NCBI GenBank assembly: GCA_012519555.1
Contig: JAAYPY010000005.1
Span: 1-41,976 of the forward strand
DNA from: Tissierellia bacterium
GTDB taxonomy: Bacteria > Bacillota > Clostridia > Tissierellales > Sedimentibacteraceae
Direction of reading: 5' to 3'
Length of the DNA stretch: 41,976 nt
In this document: positions 8,515-18,055 of the stretch, piece by piece
Layout of the letters: each line of letters begins with the position of its first letter
Position numbering within the stretch: the first letter of the stretch is position 1
The notes under the pieces: generated by a model
Told to the model about the DNA's origin: nothing
What the model saw: the letters and a program-made list of their open reading frames with translations, nothing else
Database searches by the model: none
Program-made: the position numbers and the translations under genes

Positions 8515-9102
8515 ATGTATATAATTGCAGGACTTGGCAATCCGGGTAGGGAGTATACAAGCACCAGACATAATTCAGGTTACATGGCTATAGAATATTT
8601 AGCGGAAAAACTAAATGTAAAATTAAATAAATTGAAATTCAACTCTGTATATGGGGAGACGTCCATAAACGGAGAAAAGGTTATGCTTGTAAAACCTGTA
8701 ACTTATATGAACAGAAGCGGGCTTGCCATAGGGGAAATAGTGAAATTTTATAAAATACCGACAGAAGCTCTCATTGTAATATATGATGACATTGATATAC
8801 CATTAGGCACTTTAAGAATCAGACCCAACGGCAGTGCCGGTACCCATAATGGAATGAGATCAATAATAAGCAGTATAGGGAGCGAATTTCCGCGCATAAG
8901 AATAGGCATAGGCAGAAATGAGGAAATGGACTTAGCTGATTATGTGCTGCAGAAATTTTCACCATCAGAAAAGGATATAGTGGCTCCCATAATTGAAAAA
9001 GCCGCAGAAGCTGCTATTGAAATCATAGAAAACAGTATTGAAAGCGCGATGCAGAAGTATAATATAAAGGGTAGTATGAAGGGGGACACACCTTTAACTT
9101 AA
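8515..9102 (+). CDS. pth: Peptidyl-tRNA hydrolase
   Basis: GLGNPG..Y..TRHN, KPVTYMNRSG, YDDID, GSAGTHNG, RIRIGIG, DYVL. ATG 8515 follows GAGG. Confidence 0.97.
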   Translation: MYIIAGLGNPGREYTSTRHNSGYMAIEYLAEKLNVKLNKLKFNSVYGETSINGEKVMLVKPVTYMNRSGLAIGEIVKFYKIPTEALIVIYDDIDIPLGTLRIRPNGSAGTHNGMRSIISSIGSEFPRIRIGIGRNEEMDLADYVLQKFSPSEKDIVAPIIEKAAEAAIEIIENSIESAMQKYNIKGSMKGDTPLT

Positions 9103-9115
9103 AAGAAATGTCTCC
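9079..9115. repeat. Second copy of the GGGGACA...TGTC(T)CC hairpin, overlapping the pth 3' end
   Basis: AAGGGGGACAC (9079-9089) is identical to 2598-2608. Right arm AATGTCTCC at 9107-9115. Confidence 0.5.
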
Positions 9116-9139
9116 GTACCGAAGGGAAACACCTTAAAT

Positions 9140-12100
9140 ATGAATAGAGTTTTGTTTAAACAATTTCAAAGTACAGAAAAATTTAAAAAGATATGCGAAA
9201 ATTATAAAAAAGGAAAAAGTCAGCTTATCCAAGGGATCAACGAAGAAGGATTAGCTTATTTAGCTTGTAATCTATTAGATATATCCAATAAAGTATTAAT
9301 TCTTACAAGCAGTGAATCCAAATCAAAAAAGTATGAAGAAAGTATCAGAGCTTATACCCGACATTCATCTCGCTTTCAACCTAAAGAATTTATTTTGTAT
9401 AATGTTGATGCATTAAGCAAGGATGTTGAATATAAAAGAGCAAATTTATTGAATGATATTCTATATAAACAAAAAAACATTGTAACTGCTTCAATAAATT
9501 CAATTATTACAAGGGTAATGCCTAAAGATAGATTTAAGGAAAGCATAATAGAATTAATATACGGCAAGAGCTATGACTTAAATGAATTAAGAAGCAACTT
9601 GATAAAGCTTAAATATGAGAGAGTAGATGCAATAGAAGGAGTCGGTCAATTTTCCGTAAGGGGCGGGATTATTGATATTTTTTCTCCTTCCGAAGAAAAT
9701 CCATGCAGAATAGAGTTTTTTGATGATGAAGTAGATTCAATAAGATTGTTTGATTTGAAAACTCAGCGCTCAGTTAAAAATATTAAATCTGTCAAAATTC
9801 TTCCTTGCAGCGATATTTTGTTCAAAAAAGATGAGATAAAAACTATTTTATCTGAAGTTGAAAATGATTACAAGGAGCGTCAAGACAAATTAAGCAAGGA
9901 AGCATCGAAAAATCTGAAGAACCTTTACTTTAGTTATCAAGATAAGCTGATGGGAGGAATAGGCATTGAAAATGCGGACCTCTTGGTGCCTTTCATAAAA
10001 AGGTCCTTTACAAACCTCTTAGATTATTTTGATGATGAATTTATTCTTATCCTTGATGAACCCGAGAGGGCATTTGAAGAGCTCAATACTTTAAATGAAA
10101 GCTTTAGGATTAAGTTTAGCGAGTTATTCGAGAAGGGCGAAATTTTTTCAAAACAAAGTGAAGTTTATTTAAGCGAATATGAATTTTTGGAGGAAATATC
10201 CAAAAGACCTTTCATTTCGATAAACGGTAAAGAAAAAATCATTAAAGCAGATACTTCTGTTCATATGCTGTTCAAGGAAGCTCCTTCTTTCTACGGCAGG
10301 ATTGAAGACTTGTCAAAGGAGCTAAACAGGCTGAAATACAAGGGTTATAAGGTAGATATTATACTTAGCACTTATGAAAGCTGCAGGAAGCTTCATAATC
10401 TGCTGAATGATTACCAATGCATAACTGCATTGTCAAAGGATGCAGATGCAGCTGAAAGCGGACAAGTGATAATAGCCCCCGGAGAATTAATAAAAGGATT
10501 TGAGTATTACGATAACAAAATTCTTGTGCTTACAGAAAATGAAGTGCTTGGTTCAACCAAACGCAAGTCCCGAAAAGCAAAAAAGCGCAAGGGTGCTGCA
10601 ATTGAAGTTTTTACGGATTTAAAGGTTGGAGACTATGTGGTGCATGAGCATCACGGTATCGGTCAATATGTAGGAATTGAAAAAATCCGTGTACAGAATA
10701 TCCAAAAGGATTATTTGTGCATCAAGTATAAAGCCGAAGATAAGCTTTATGTTCCTGTTGATCAAATGTCTCTTATTCAAAAGTACATCGGTTCTGATTC
10801 AGAAAAACCCAAGCTTAATAAAATGGGCAGCTCTGACTGGATAAAAACCAAGGAGCGCACAAAGGCTGCCATAGAAAATATGGCAAGCGAGCTGATTAAA
10901 CTATATGCCAAGAGAAAAGTTTCGAAGGGCTACGCTTTTTCAAAAGATACCGAGTGGCAAAAGGAATTTGAATACAAATTCCCTTTTGAAGAAACAGAGG
11001 ACCAGCTTCGCTGCGTAAGAGAAATCAAAAAAGATATGGAAAAGAATATCTGCATGGATAGACTTCTTTGCGGAGATGTGGGATTCGGAAAAACCGAAGT
11101 GGCAATGAGGGCGGCATTTAAAGCGGTTATGGATTCAAAACAAGTGGCAATGCTTGTTCCTACAACCATATTGGCTCAGCAGCATTATACTAATTTAGTC
11201 GAAAGATTCAGGGGATATCCCATAAAAATTGAAATGCTCAGCCGCTTCAGAACACCTTATCAACAAAACAAAATAATAAATGATTTAAATAAAGGTTTGA
11301 TTGATATAGTAATAGGAACACATAAGCTTCTTTCCAAGGAGCTAAAATTCAAGGATTTAGGTCTTTTGATAATAGATGAAGAACAAAGATTTGGCGTCAA
11401 ACACAAGGAATTAATAAAACAACTTAAATCAAACATTGATGTTCTTACACTGTCGGCAACGCCCATACCAAGGACCCTTCATATGTCTATGATTGGTGTA
11501 AGGGACATGAGCATTATATCCGAGCCGCCTGGAGACAGGCTGCCCATTCAAACTTATGTTATCGAATATAACGAGGGACTGATAAAGGATGCAATTGAAA
11601 AGGAAATATCCAGGGGCGGTCAGGTATATTATGTTCACAACAGGGTAGCTGATATAGATCATACTGCTGCTAAATTAAGTAAACTGCTGCCTGATGCCCG
11701 TATTGCAGTAGCTCACGGTCAAATGAGCGAACGACACCTTGAAAATATAATGCTCGAATTTGTAAATAAAGAATATGATATTTTGGTTTGTACTACTATA
11801 ATTGAAACGGGAATGGATATACCCAACGTAAATACATTGATTATAGATAATGCTGATTATTTAGGACTTTCGCAGCTGTATCAGCTTCGTGGAAGGATAG
11901 GCAGATCAAACAAAGTATCATTTGCCTACCTCACCTATGAAAAAGATAAAATGCTGTCAGAAGTAGCTGATAAAAGGCTTAAAGCCATAAAGGAATTTAC
12001 CGAGTTCGGTTCAGGATTTAAAATTGCCATGCGTGATTTGGAAATAAGGGGCAGCGGCAACATATTGGGATCTGAGCAGCATGGACATATGTTAGCGATC

Positions 12101-12658
12101 GGATATGATTTGTATGTTAAATTTTTAAATCGGGCAGTAAAGGAAATACAAGGGAAACAGGTGGATGAAGATATTGAAACATCAGTTGATTTAAATGTCG
12201 ACGGCTATATTCCTTCTTCATTTGTTGAAAATGAAGAGCAAAAAATAGAAATTTATAAAAAAATAGCTGCCGCAGAAAGCAAGAATGATATATTTGATAT
12301 TACGGAAGAGATTATTGACAGATTTGGAAATATTCCGGTTCAAGTGGATAACCTGTTAAAAATATCATATATTAAGTCACTCTGCAAGAAATTGCGCATA
12401 AAAGCAATCTCTCAGGCAGGTAACACGGTAAGTTTTGAAATGACAGGGAATGACCTTAGTCAGAATATTATAGAGTTTTTAATTAAAAATTATTATGAAA
12501 AGATAAGCTTTGTTGGAACAAATGAGCCTATCATTAAGTATAAATTAGAATCAATTGAACAAGAGAAAATTCTTAAGGAATTGGAAGAGTTTTTAGAAAT
12601 ACTAAAAAATATTAAAGCAGATACTACTGCTGTGGAGGAAAAAGATGAACAAATTTAA
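9140..12658 (+). CDS. mfd: Transcription-repair coupling factor
   Basis: UvrB-homology segment RGGIIDIF, RID GDYVVHEHHGIG, GDVGFGKTEVA, DEEQRFG, SATPIPRTL, QLRGRIGRS, TRG motif DLEIRGSG. Confidence 0.97.
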   Translation: MNRVLFKQFQSTEKFKKICENYKKGKSQLIQGINEEGLAYLACNLLDISNKVLILTSSESKSKKYEESIRAYTRHSSRFQPKEFILYNVDALSKDVEYKRANLLNDILYKQKNIVTASINSIITRVMPKDRFKESIIELIYGKSYDLNELRSNLIKLKYERVDAIEGVGQFSVRGGIIDIFSPSEENPCRIEFFDDEVDSIRLFDLKTQRSVKNIKSVKILPCSDILFKKDEIKTILSEVENDYKERQDKLSKEASKNLKNLYFSYQDKLMGGIGIENADLLVPFIKRSFTNLLDYFDDEFILILDEPERAFEELNTLNESFRIKFSELFEKGEIFSKQSEVYLSEYEFLEEISKRPFISINGKEKIIKADTSVHMLFKEAPSFYGRIEDLSKELNRLKYKGYKVDIILSTYESCRKLHNLLNDYQCITALSKDADAAESGQVIIAPGELIKGFEYYDNKILVLTENEVLGSTKRKSRKAKKRKGAAIEVFTDLKVGDYVVHEHHGIGQYVGIEKIRVQNIQKDYLCIKYKAEDKLYVPVDQMSLIQKYIGSDSEKPKLNKMGSSDWIKTKERTKAAIENMASELIKLYAKRKVSKGYAFSKDTEWQKEFEYKFPFEETEDQLRCVREIKKDMEKNICMDRLLCGDVGFGKTEVAMRAAFKAVMDSKQVAMLVPTTILAQQHYTNLVERFRGYPIKIEMLSRFRTPYQQNKIINDLNKGLIDIVIGTHKLLSKELKFKDLGLLIIDEEQRFGVKHKELIKQLKSNIDVLTLSATPIPRTLHMSMIGVRDMSIISEPPGDRLPIQTYVIEYNEGLIKDAIEKEISRGGQVYYVHNRVADIDHTAAKLSKLLPDARIAVAHGQMSERHLENIMLEFVNKEYDILVCTTIIETGMDIPNVNTLIIDNADYLGLSQLYQLRGRIGRSNKVSFAYLTYEKDKMLSEVADKRLKAIKEFTEFGSGFKIAMRDLEIRGSGNILGSEQHGHMLAIGYDLYVKFLNRAVKEIQGKQVDEDIETSVDLNVDGYIPSSFVENEEQKIEIYKKIAAAESKNDIFDITEEIIDRFGNIPVQVDNLLKISYIKSLCKKLRIKAISQAGNTVSFEMTGNDLSQNIIEFLIKNYYEKISFVGTNEPIIKYKLESIEQEKILKELEEFLEILKNIKADTTAVEEKDEQI

Positions 12659-13589
12659 AAAATCACTATTCTTAATAGGTCTATTGTGCATAGCTTTAGC
12701 ATTTACGTCATGTTCAAATAAGGATGGTCAAGATGCTAATGAAGAGGACGTGGTGGCAACAGTTAACGGTAAAGCTATATTACGAAAAGAATATGAAGAT
12801 GCATTAGCTTATTATAAGAATTATGTTGAGTATCAATTTGGAGAGGGTGCTTGGGAAACAGAAGCAACAAGAGGTTTAACATATAAAGAAATATATGAAG
12901 ATTATATAATGGAAGAAATGACTAATTCATTACTTTTATTAGATGCTGCCGAAAAAGAGGGCATTGAAGTAACCGAAGAAGAAAAAGAACACGCATTGGA
13001 AAATTTTAAAATTAATTTCGCAAATGATGAAGATTATAAAAATTTTATGGAACAAAGAGGTATGACGGAAGAGTTTATTATACAAGAATTGACCAAAGAA
13101 TTATTAGTTAATAATTATGTAATATCAAAAATTGACGGTATCGTACCAAGTGATGATGAGTTGAAAACTATTTTTGACGATATTAAAATGGATACTAAAG
13201 TAAGAGCAAGCCATATTCTTGTGGAAACAGAAGAAGAAGCTAAAGATATAATCGAAAGAATCACTAAAGGTGAAGACTTTAGCGAGCTTGCCAAAGAGCT
13301 GTCCACAGATACCGTCAGCGGAGCAAATGGAGGAGATTTGGATTATTTCAACTATTCCCAAATGGTTAAGCCATTCGCGGAAGCAGCATTTGATTTGGAA
13401 ATAGGAGAAGTGAGCCAACCGGTACAATCTGAATTTGGATACCACATTATAAAGTTAACAGATAGAATTATTGATGAAGACATAACTGTGGAATCAAAAA
13501 AGGATGAACTGATTGAATATTATAAATCATACAAATACCAGGACCTTTTGGCAGGGCTAAAAAACGAAGCGGTAATAGTAAAGAATTAA
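12645..13589 (+). CDS. prsA: PrsA/SurA-like parvulin peptidyl-prolyl isomerase lipoprotein
   Basis: Lipobox AFTS-C, VATVNG, VRASHILV, GGDLDYF, MVKPFAEAAF, SEFGYHIIK. Usual position between mfd and spoVT. Confidence 0.88.
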   Translation: MNKFKKSLFLIGLLCIALAFTSCSNKDGQDANEEDVVATVNGKAILRKEYEDALAYYKNYVEYQFGEGAWETEATRGLTYKEIYEDYIMEEMTNSLLLLDAAEKEGIEVTEEEKEHALENFKINFANDEDYKNFMEQRGMTEEFIIQELTKELLVNNYVISKIDGIVPSDDELKTIFDDIKMDTKVRASHILVETEEEAKDIIERITKGEDFSELAKELSTDTVSGANGGDLDYFNYSQMVKPFAEAAFDLEIGEVSQPVQSEFGYHIIKLTDRIIDEDITVESKKDELIEYYKSYKYQDLLAGLKNEAVIVKN

Positions 13590-13683
13590 GAAATTGTTAA
13601 TTTTAGTAAAAAATTGTTGATAATTTTAAGTTCTTCCATTATAATGAATTAATATTTATTCTTAATAATATTTTCTGTAATAA

Positions 13684-13712
13684 GGATAAAATCAATTAAA
13701 GTGCAAATAATA
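13684..13712 (+). promoter_or_regulatory. Possible forespore (sigma-G/F-like) promoter of spoVT
   Basis: GGATA (13684-13688), 17 bp, AATAATA (13706-13712). spoVT is sigma-G-dependent in Bacillus subtilis, but the match is loose. Confidence 0.3.
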
Positions 13713-13764
13713 GAAAATATTAAAAGAATTGTCATATAAATATGTAATAGGAGGAACGTAAGCA

Positions 13765-14316
13765 ATGAAAGCAACAGGAATTGTCAGAAGAATTGATGAC
13801 TTAGGCAGAGTAGTTATTCCTAAAGAAATTAGAAGGACCTTAAGAATAAGAGAGGGTGATCCTTTAGAAATATTTACCGATAGAGAAGGTGAAATAATAT
13901 TAAAGAAATATTCTCCTATTGGAGAATTGACTGAATTTGCAGGAGAATATGTGGAATCATTATTTGAAACAACCAGACATATTGCTATAATTACTGACAG
14001 AGATGGAGTAATTGCTGTTTCAGGAAGCTCTAAGAAAGATTATGCAGAAAAAAGACTGAGTCCGGAATTAGAAAAAATAATTGAAAGCAGAGAAATGTAT
14101 GTAACAAGTGCAACTTCTAAACCAATAAGAATTACTGCCAACGAATTTAATCCTGACCAATATACCAGTCAGGTTATAGCACCGATTATGGTGCATGGTG
14201 ACCCAATCGGAGCGGTAATACTTCTTTCTAAGGATAAAGGCACTAAGATGTCTGAAATAGAAGAAAAATTAATTAAGACAGCAAGCATATTTTTATCACG
14301 ACAAATGGAGAACTAA
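13765..14316 (+). CDS. spoVT: Stage V sporulation protein T
   Basis: AbrB-type domain MKATGIVRRIDDLGRVVIPKEIRRTLRIREGDPLEIF plus a C-terminal GAF-like domain (APIMVHGDPIGAV). Confidence 0.97.
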   Translation: MKATGIVRRIDDLGRVVIPKEIRRTLRIREGDPLEIFTDREGEIILKKYSPIGELTEFAGEYVESLFETTRHIAIITDRDGVIAVSGSSKKDYAEKRLSPELEKIIESREMYVTSATSKPIRITANEFNPDQYTSQVIAPIMVHGDPIGAVILLSKDKGTKMSEIEEKLIKTASIFLSRQMEN

Positions 14317-14358
14317 GATGCCCTAACCCTATTTTTCTGACCGAGAGATGCCCTAACC
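14316..14358. repeat. 13-bp direct repeat AGATGCCCTAACC, period 30
   Basis: Copies at 14316-14328 and 14346-14358. Confidence 0.7.
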
Positions 14359-14416
14359 TCATATATTCGAGCCATAGCGAAGAACAGATGCTTGGTAGGT
14401 CAAGTGCATATAGGTT

Positions 14417-14462
14417 AATATTTTAAGGTGTTTTCAACAAAATGAAAACACCTTAAAATATT
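14417..14462. terminator. Perfect 20-bp inverted repeat (terminator or operator)
   Basis: AATATTTTAAGGTGTTTTCA (14417-14436), loop ACAAAA, TGAAAACACCTTAAAATATT (14443-14462). Confidence 0.65.
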
Positions 14463-14511
14463 TGATAACAAATACACTTAGATTTGACAAATGGTTTTTT
14501 GGTACAAGTCA

Positions 14512-14540
14512 TTGACATAAATGATTTTTTTTGTCATACT
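14512..14540 (+). promoter_or_regulatory. Probable sigma-A promoter of the beta-CASP/ior/buk unit
   Basis: TTGACA (14512-14517), 17 bp, TG-T-CATACT (-10 at 14535-14540). Confidence 0.45.
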
Positions 14541-14594
14541 TAATATGTATTAATAATGAAAGCTGCTTTGGTATTAACTTGAAAGGGGTAAAAA

Positions 14595-16250
14595 ATGAAA
14601 ATTAGATTTTTAGGTGCAGTTAATGGCGTAACAGGTTCAAACCATTTAATACAGGCAGGAAACAAAAATATAATGCTGGACTGCGGTATGTATCAAGGCA
14701 AAGATGAGGACATAAATACAGAAGAATTTGTATTGAATCCGACTGAAATCGATTGCCTTTTATTGAGCCACAGTCACATTGACCATAGCGGAAGAATCCC
14801 TTTGCTGGTAAAGAGAGGCTTTAAAGGAGATATTTATTGCTCAAAGCCCACTTACGATCTTTGTGAGATAATGCTTATAGATTCAGCCCATATTCAAGAA
14901 ACAGAGGCAGAGTGGAAAAACAAAAAAGCTAAGCGATCCGGAAGAAAATTCGTTGAACCCATGTATACTCAAGAAGATGCTTTAGAAAGCCTTAAATATT
15001 TCAAACCTGTATTATATAATCAGATAATAAATATAGATGAAAATATTACTGTAAAATTCAATGATGCAGGTCATATTTTAGGTTCCTCTATCATAGGAAT
15101 TTGGATAAAGGATGAAGATGACACCATTAAGTTAGTATATTCCGGTGATTTAGGCATGCATGAAAAACCCTTATTAAAAGACCCTGCTCAAATAGACAGA
15201 GCAGATTATTTAATAATGGAGGCAACCTATGGCAACAGAGTTCACGAAAACATAGATAAAAGAACAGAAGAGCTTATCAGTATTATACTAAAAACAGCTA
15301 AGAGAGGAGGAAGTGTAATAATTCCTTCCTTTGCAGTGGGCAGAACGCAGGAACTGATTTATGAGCTGAATAAATACTATGACAGCCATTTGAATGAAAT
15401 CGGTACTGAGGAAAATGAACTGAGGAAGATACCTGTTTATATAGACAGTCCACTAGCCATTAAAGCAACAGAAATATTTAGAAGAAACAGCCATGCTTTT
15501 GATGAAGAAGCAAAAGGCTATATAATGAAAGGGGACAATCCTTTAGATTTTGAAAATTTGCATTTTACACAAAGTGCAGATGAATCTAAACAATTGAATT
15601 TTTCAACGGAACCGAAAACAATAATTTCCGCCAGCGGAATGTGTGAAGCAGGAAGAATAAGACATCACTTGAAACACAATCTCTGGAGAAAGGAAGCAAG
15701 TATTGTATTTGTAGGCTATCAAGCTGAAGGAACCTTAGGCAGAAGGCTGCTGGATGGAGAAAAATGCGTGAAATTATTTGGGGAGGATATTGCAGTAAAT
15801 GCTGAAATTTACAATGTAGAAGGATTTTCGGGACATGCTGATAAACCTGCCCTCCTTAACTGGATAGAGGGATTTAAAGAAAAACCGGGAGAAATTTTCA
15901 TAGTTCACGGAGAAAAAGAATCAAAAGAAGCTTTTGTCAAAGCTGTAAAAGAAAAATTTAATATTAAAAGCATAATTCCGGAGTACAATGTTATATATGA
16001 TATTAAAAAGAAAAACCTTGTTAACGAGCTAATTCTTGAAGCTAAGAAGGAAAAATTTAAGAACAAGCAGATTCAAGAATTGTTGAAAGAACTTGAAGAG
16101 CTAAAGGAGTCATTCGAAAGAGCATTAGCAAATACGGAAGCTTATCTGAGACTCGAAGATCTTAATATTGAAGAATTTAAAAGGTTGAATAACAATATCA
16201 AAGGCCTTGAAAATGAAATTATGAATTTAACTATAATCAGTGCAAAATAA
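14595..16250 (+). CDS. MBL-fold beta-CASP ribonuclease-like protein with a C-terminal coiled-coil extension
   Basis: VTGS, DCGMYQG, SHSHIDHSG (HxHxDH), AGHILGS, SGDLG, MEATYG, AVGRTQE, SASGMCEAGRIRHHL, GYQAEGTLG, FSGHAD, VHGE. Confidence 0.92.
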   Translation: MKIRFLGAVNGVTGSNHLIQAGNKNIMLDCGMYQGKDEDINTEEFVLNPTEIDCLLLSHSHIDHSGRIPLLVKRGFKGDIYCSKPTYDLCEIMLIDSAHIQETEAEWKNKKAKRSGRKFVEPMYTQEDALESLKYFKPVLYNQIINIDENITVKFNDAGHILGSSIIGIWIKDEDDTIKLVYSGDLGMHEKPLLKDPAQIDRADYLIMEATYGNRVHENIDKRTEELISIILKTAKRGGSVIIPSFAVGRTQELIYELNKYYDSHLNEIGTEENELRKIPVYIDSPLAIKATEIFRRNSHAFDEEAKGYIMKGDNPLDFENLHFTQSADESKQLNFSTEPKTIISASGMCEAGRIRHHLKHNLWRKEASIVFVGYQAEGTLGRRLLDGEKCVKLFGEDIAVNAEIYNVEGFSGHADKPALLNWIEGFKEKPGEIFIVHGEKESKEAFVKAVKEKFNIKSIIPEYNVIYDIKKKNLVNELILEAKKEKFKNKQIQELLKELEELKESFERALANTEAYLRLEDLNIEEFKRLNNNIKGLENEIMNLTIISAK

Positions 16251-16278
16251 AGACTTAAAACCAAAAAAGGAGGAAAAT

Positions 16279-18054
16279 ATGAGAGTTTTAATGACAGGCA
16301 ATGAAGCAATTGCTCAAGGAGCTTATGAAGCAGGAGTTCATTTCGCTGCTGCATATCCCGGTACACCAAGTACTGAAATATTGGAAAATATAGCTCCTCA
16401 CAAAGAAATCATAGCAGAATGGGCGCCTAATGAAAAGGTTGCTGTGGAATCAGCAGTGGGTGCATGCTATGCGGGAGCAAGAGCATTAACAGCAATGAAA
16501 CATGTGGGACTTAATGTTGCAGCAGACCCGTTTTTCACAATGGGTTACACGGGCGTTAACGGGGGAATGGTGTTAGTCAGCGCAGATGACCCCGGGCTTC
16601 ATTCATCCCAAAATGAACAAGATAATCGTTACTATGCAAAAATGGCAAAGGTAGCTATGTTTGAGCCAAGCAGCTCGCAAGAATGCAAGGATATGGTAAT
16701 AAAAGCCATGGACATAAGCGAAAAATATGATGTCTTGGTTATGATTAGAATGACGACAAGAGTTTGTCACAGCAAATCAATTGTTGAAACTGGTGAGAGA
16801 GTAGAAGTTCCAATTAAGCCATATGTAAAAAATGTGCCTAAATACAATGTTTCACCTGCTAATGCAAAAGCACTGCACTTAGTAGTTGAGAAAAAACTTA
16901 AGGAACTTGAAAAATTTTCAAATGAAACGGATTTAAACTATATTGAATGGAATGACAAAAAAATAGGAGTCATATCGGCAGGAGTAGCTTATCAATATGC
17001 AAAAGAAGTATTCGGCAAGAATGCATCATATTTAAAATTAGGTTTCACTTTCCCGCTTCCAATGGAAAAAATCAGGAAATTTGCGGATGAGGTAGAAACC
17101 CTATATGTAGTTGAAGAATTAGAGCCTTTTATGGAAGAACAAATCAAAGCAGCAGGAATCAACTGCATAGGAAAAGATAAAATACCCAACACCTGGGAGC
17201 TTAATCCTGACATTGTAAAGAAATCAATTTTCGGAACCGAGAATCAAATCATTGATTATGACAAAAGCCTTGCAGTGGGAAGACCTCCTACACTTTGTGC
17301 AGGCTGTCCCCACAGAGCCTTTTTCTATCAGTTGTCGAAGAAAAAGAATACAATGATAACAGGAGACATAGGCTGCTATACATTGGGGGGAGCTCCTCCC
17401 TTAAATGCCATGGATACATGCGTATGCATGGGGGCCAGCGTAAGTATGGCACATGGTGCTAAAAAAGTATTCGAAAAGAATAATGACGACAAACGAGTAG
17501 TGGCAACCATCGGGGATTCAACATTCTTCCATTCGGGTATGACAAGTCTTTTGGATGTGGTATTTAACAAAGGAAATACAATAACCTGCATCTTGGACAA
17601 CAGAATAACAGCAATGACAGGCCATCAGGATAACCCGGGAACAGGCTACACACTTCAGGGAGAGATTACGGATACAGTACAAATTGAGCCTATTGTAAGA
17701 GCTTTAGGAATTAAACATGTTAAAACCATAAACCCCATGAACCAGGCTGAAATGAAGGAGACTCTAAATTGGGCCTATGATTTAAATGAGCCGTCTGTAA
17801 TTATTTCCAGATATCCATGTGCTCTTAAAAAATATTCAAAAGAAGACCTTGAAGAATTCGGGCCTATTTCAGGCTATTGTCTAGTTGACGAAGATACATG
17901 TATAGGATGTAAAATCTGCGTGTCTACAGGTTGTCCGGCTATTGTGTTTAAAAAAGACATTAAAAAATCTTCAATCAATAAAGTTCAATGCGTCGGCTGT
18001 GAGCTATGTCTTCAAGTATGTCCCACAAAGGCAATCAGTAAGGTAGGTGAATAA
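16279..18054 (+). CDS. iorA: Indolepyruvate:ferredoxin oxidoreductase, alpha subunit
   Basis: GNEAIAQGA, YPGTPSTE, NEKVA, MKHVGLNVAADP, SSQNEQD, LCAGCPHR, GDIGC, IGDSTFFHSG, AMTGHQ, and two C-terminal CxxCxxC ferredoxin motifs. ATG 16279 follows GGAGG. Confidence 0.95.
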   Translation: MRVLMTGNEAIAQGAYEAGVHFAAAYPGTPSTEILENIAPHKEIIAEWAPNEKVAVESAVGACYAGARALTAMKHVGLNVAADPFFTMGYTGVNGGMVLVSADDPGLHSSQNEQDNRYYAKMAKVAMFEPSSSQECKDMVIKAMDISEKYDVLVMIRMTTRVCHSKSIVETGERVEVPIKPYVKNVPKYNVSPANAKALHLVVEKKLKELEKFSNETDLNYIEWNDKKIGVISAGVAYQYAKEVFGKNASYLKLGFTFPLPMEKIRKFADEVETLYVVEELEPFMEEQIKAAGINCIGKDKIPNTWELNPDIVKKSIFGTENQIIDYDKSLAVGRPPTLCAGCPHRAFFYQLSKKKNTMITGDIGCYTLGGAPPLNAMDTCVCMGASVSMAHGAKKVFEKNNDDKRVVATIGDSTFFHSGMTSLLDVVFNKGNTITCILDNRITAMTGHQDNPGTGYTLQGEITDTVQIEPIVRALGIKHVKTINPMNQAEMKETLNWAYDLNEPSVIISRYPCALKKYSKEDLEEFGPISGYCLVDEDTCIGCKICVSTGCPAIVFKKDIKKSSINKVQCVGCELCLQVCPTKAISKVGE

Positions 18055-18055
18055 A

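Noticed and set aside
14316-14358. Mini CRISPR array
   Set aside because: Only two 13-bp repeats with a 17-nt spacer, and no cas genes in the window.
14499-14517. Sigma-54 promoter TGGTAC...TTGAC before the beta-CASP/ior operon
   Set aside because: Spacing is off by one and the -12 GC is missing. TTGACA is better read as a sigma-A -35.
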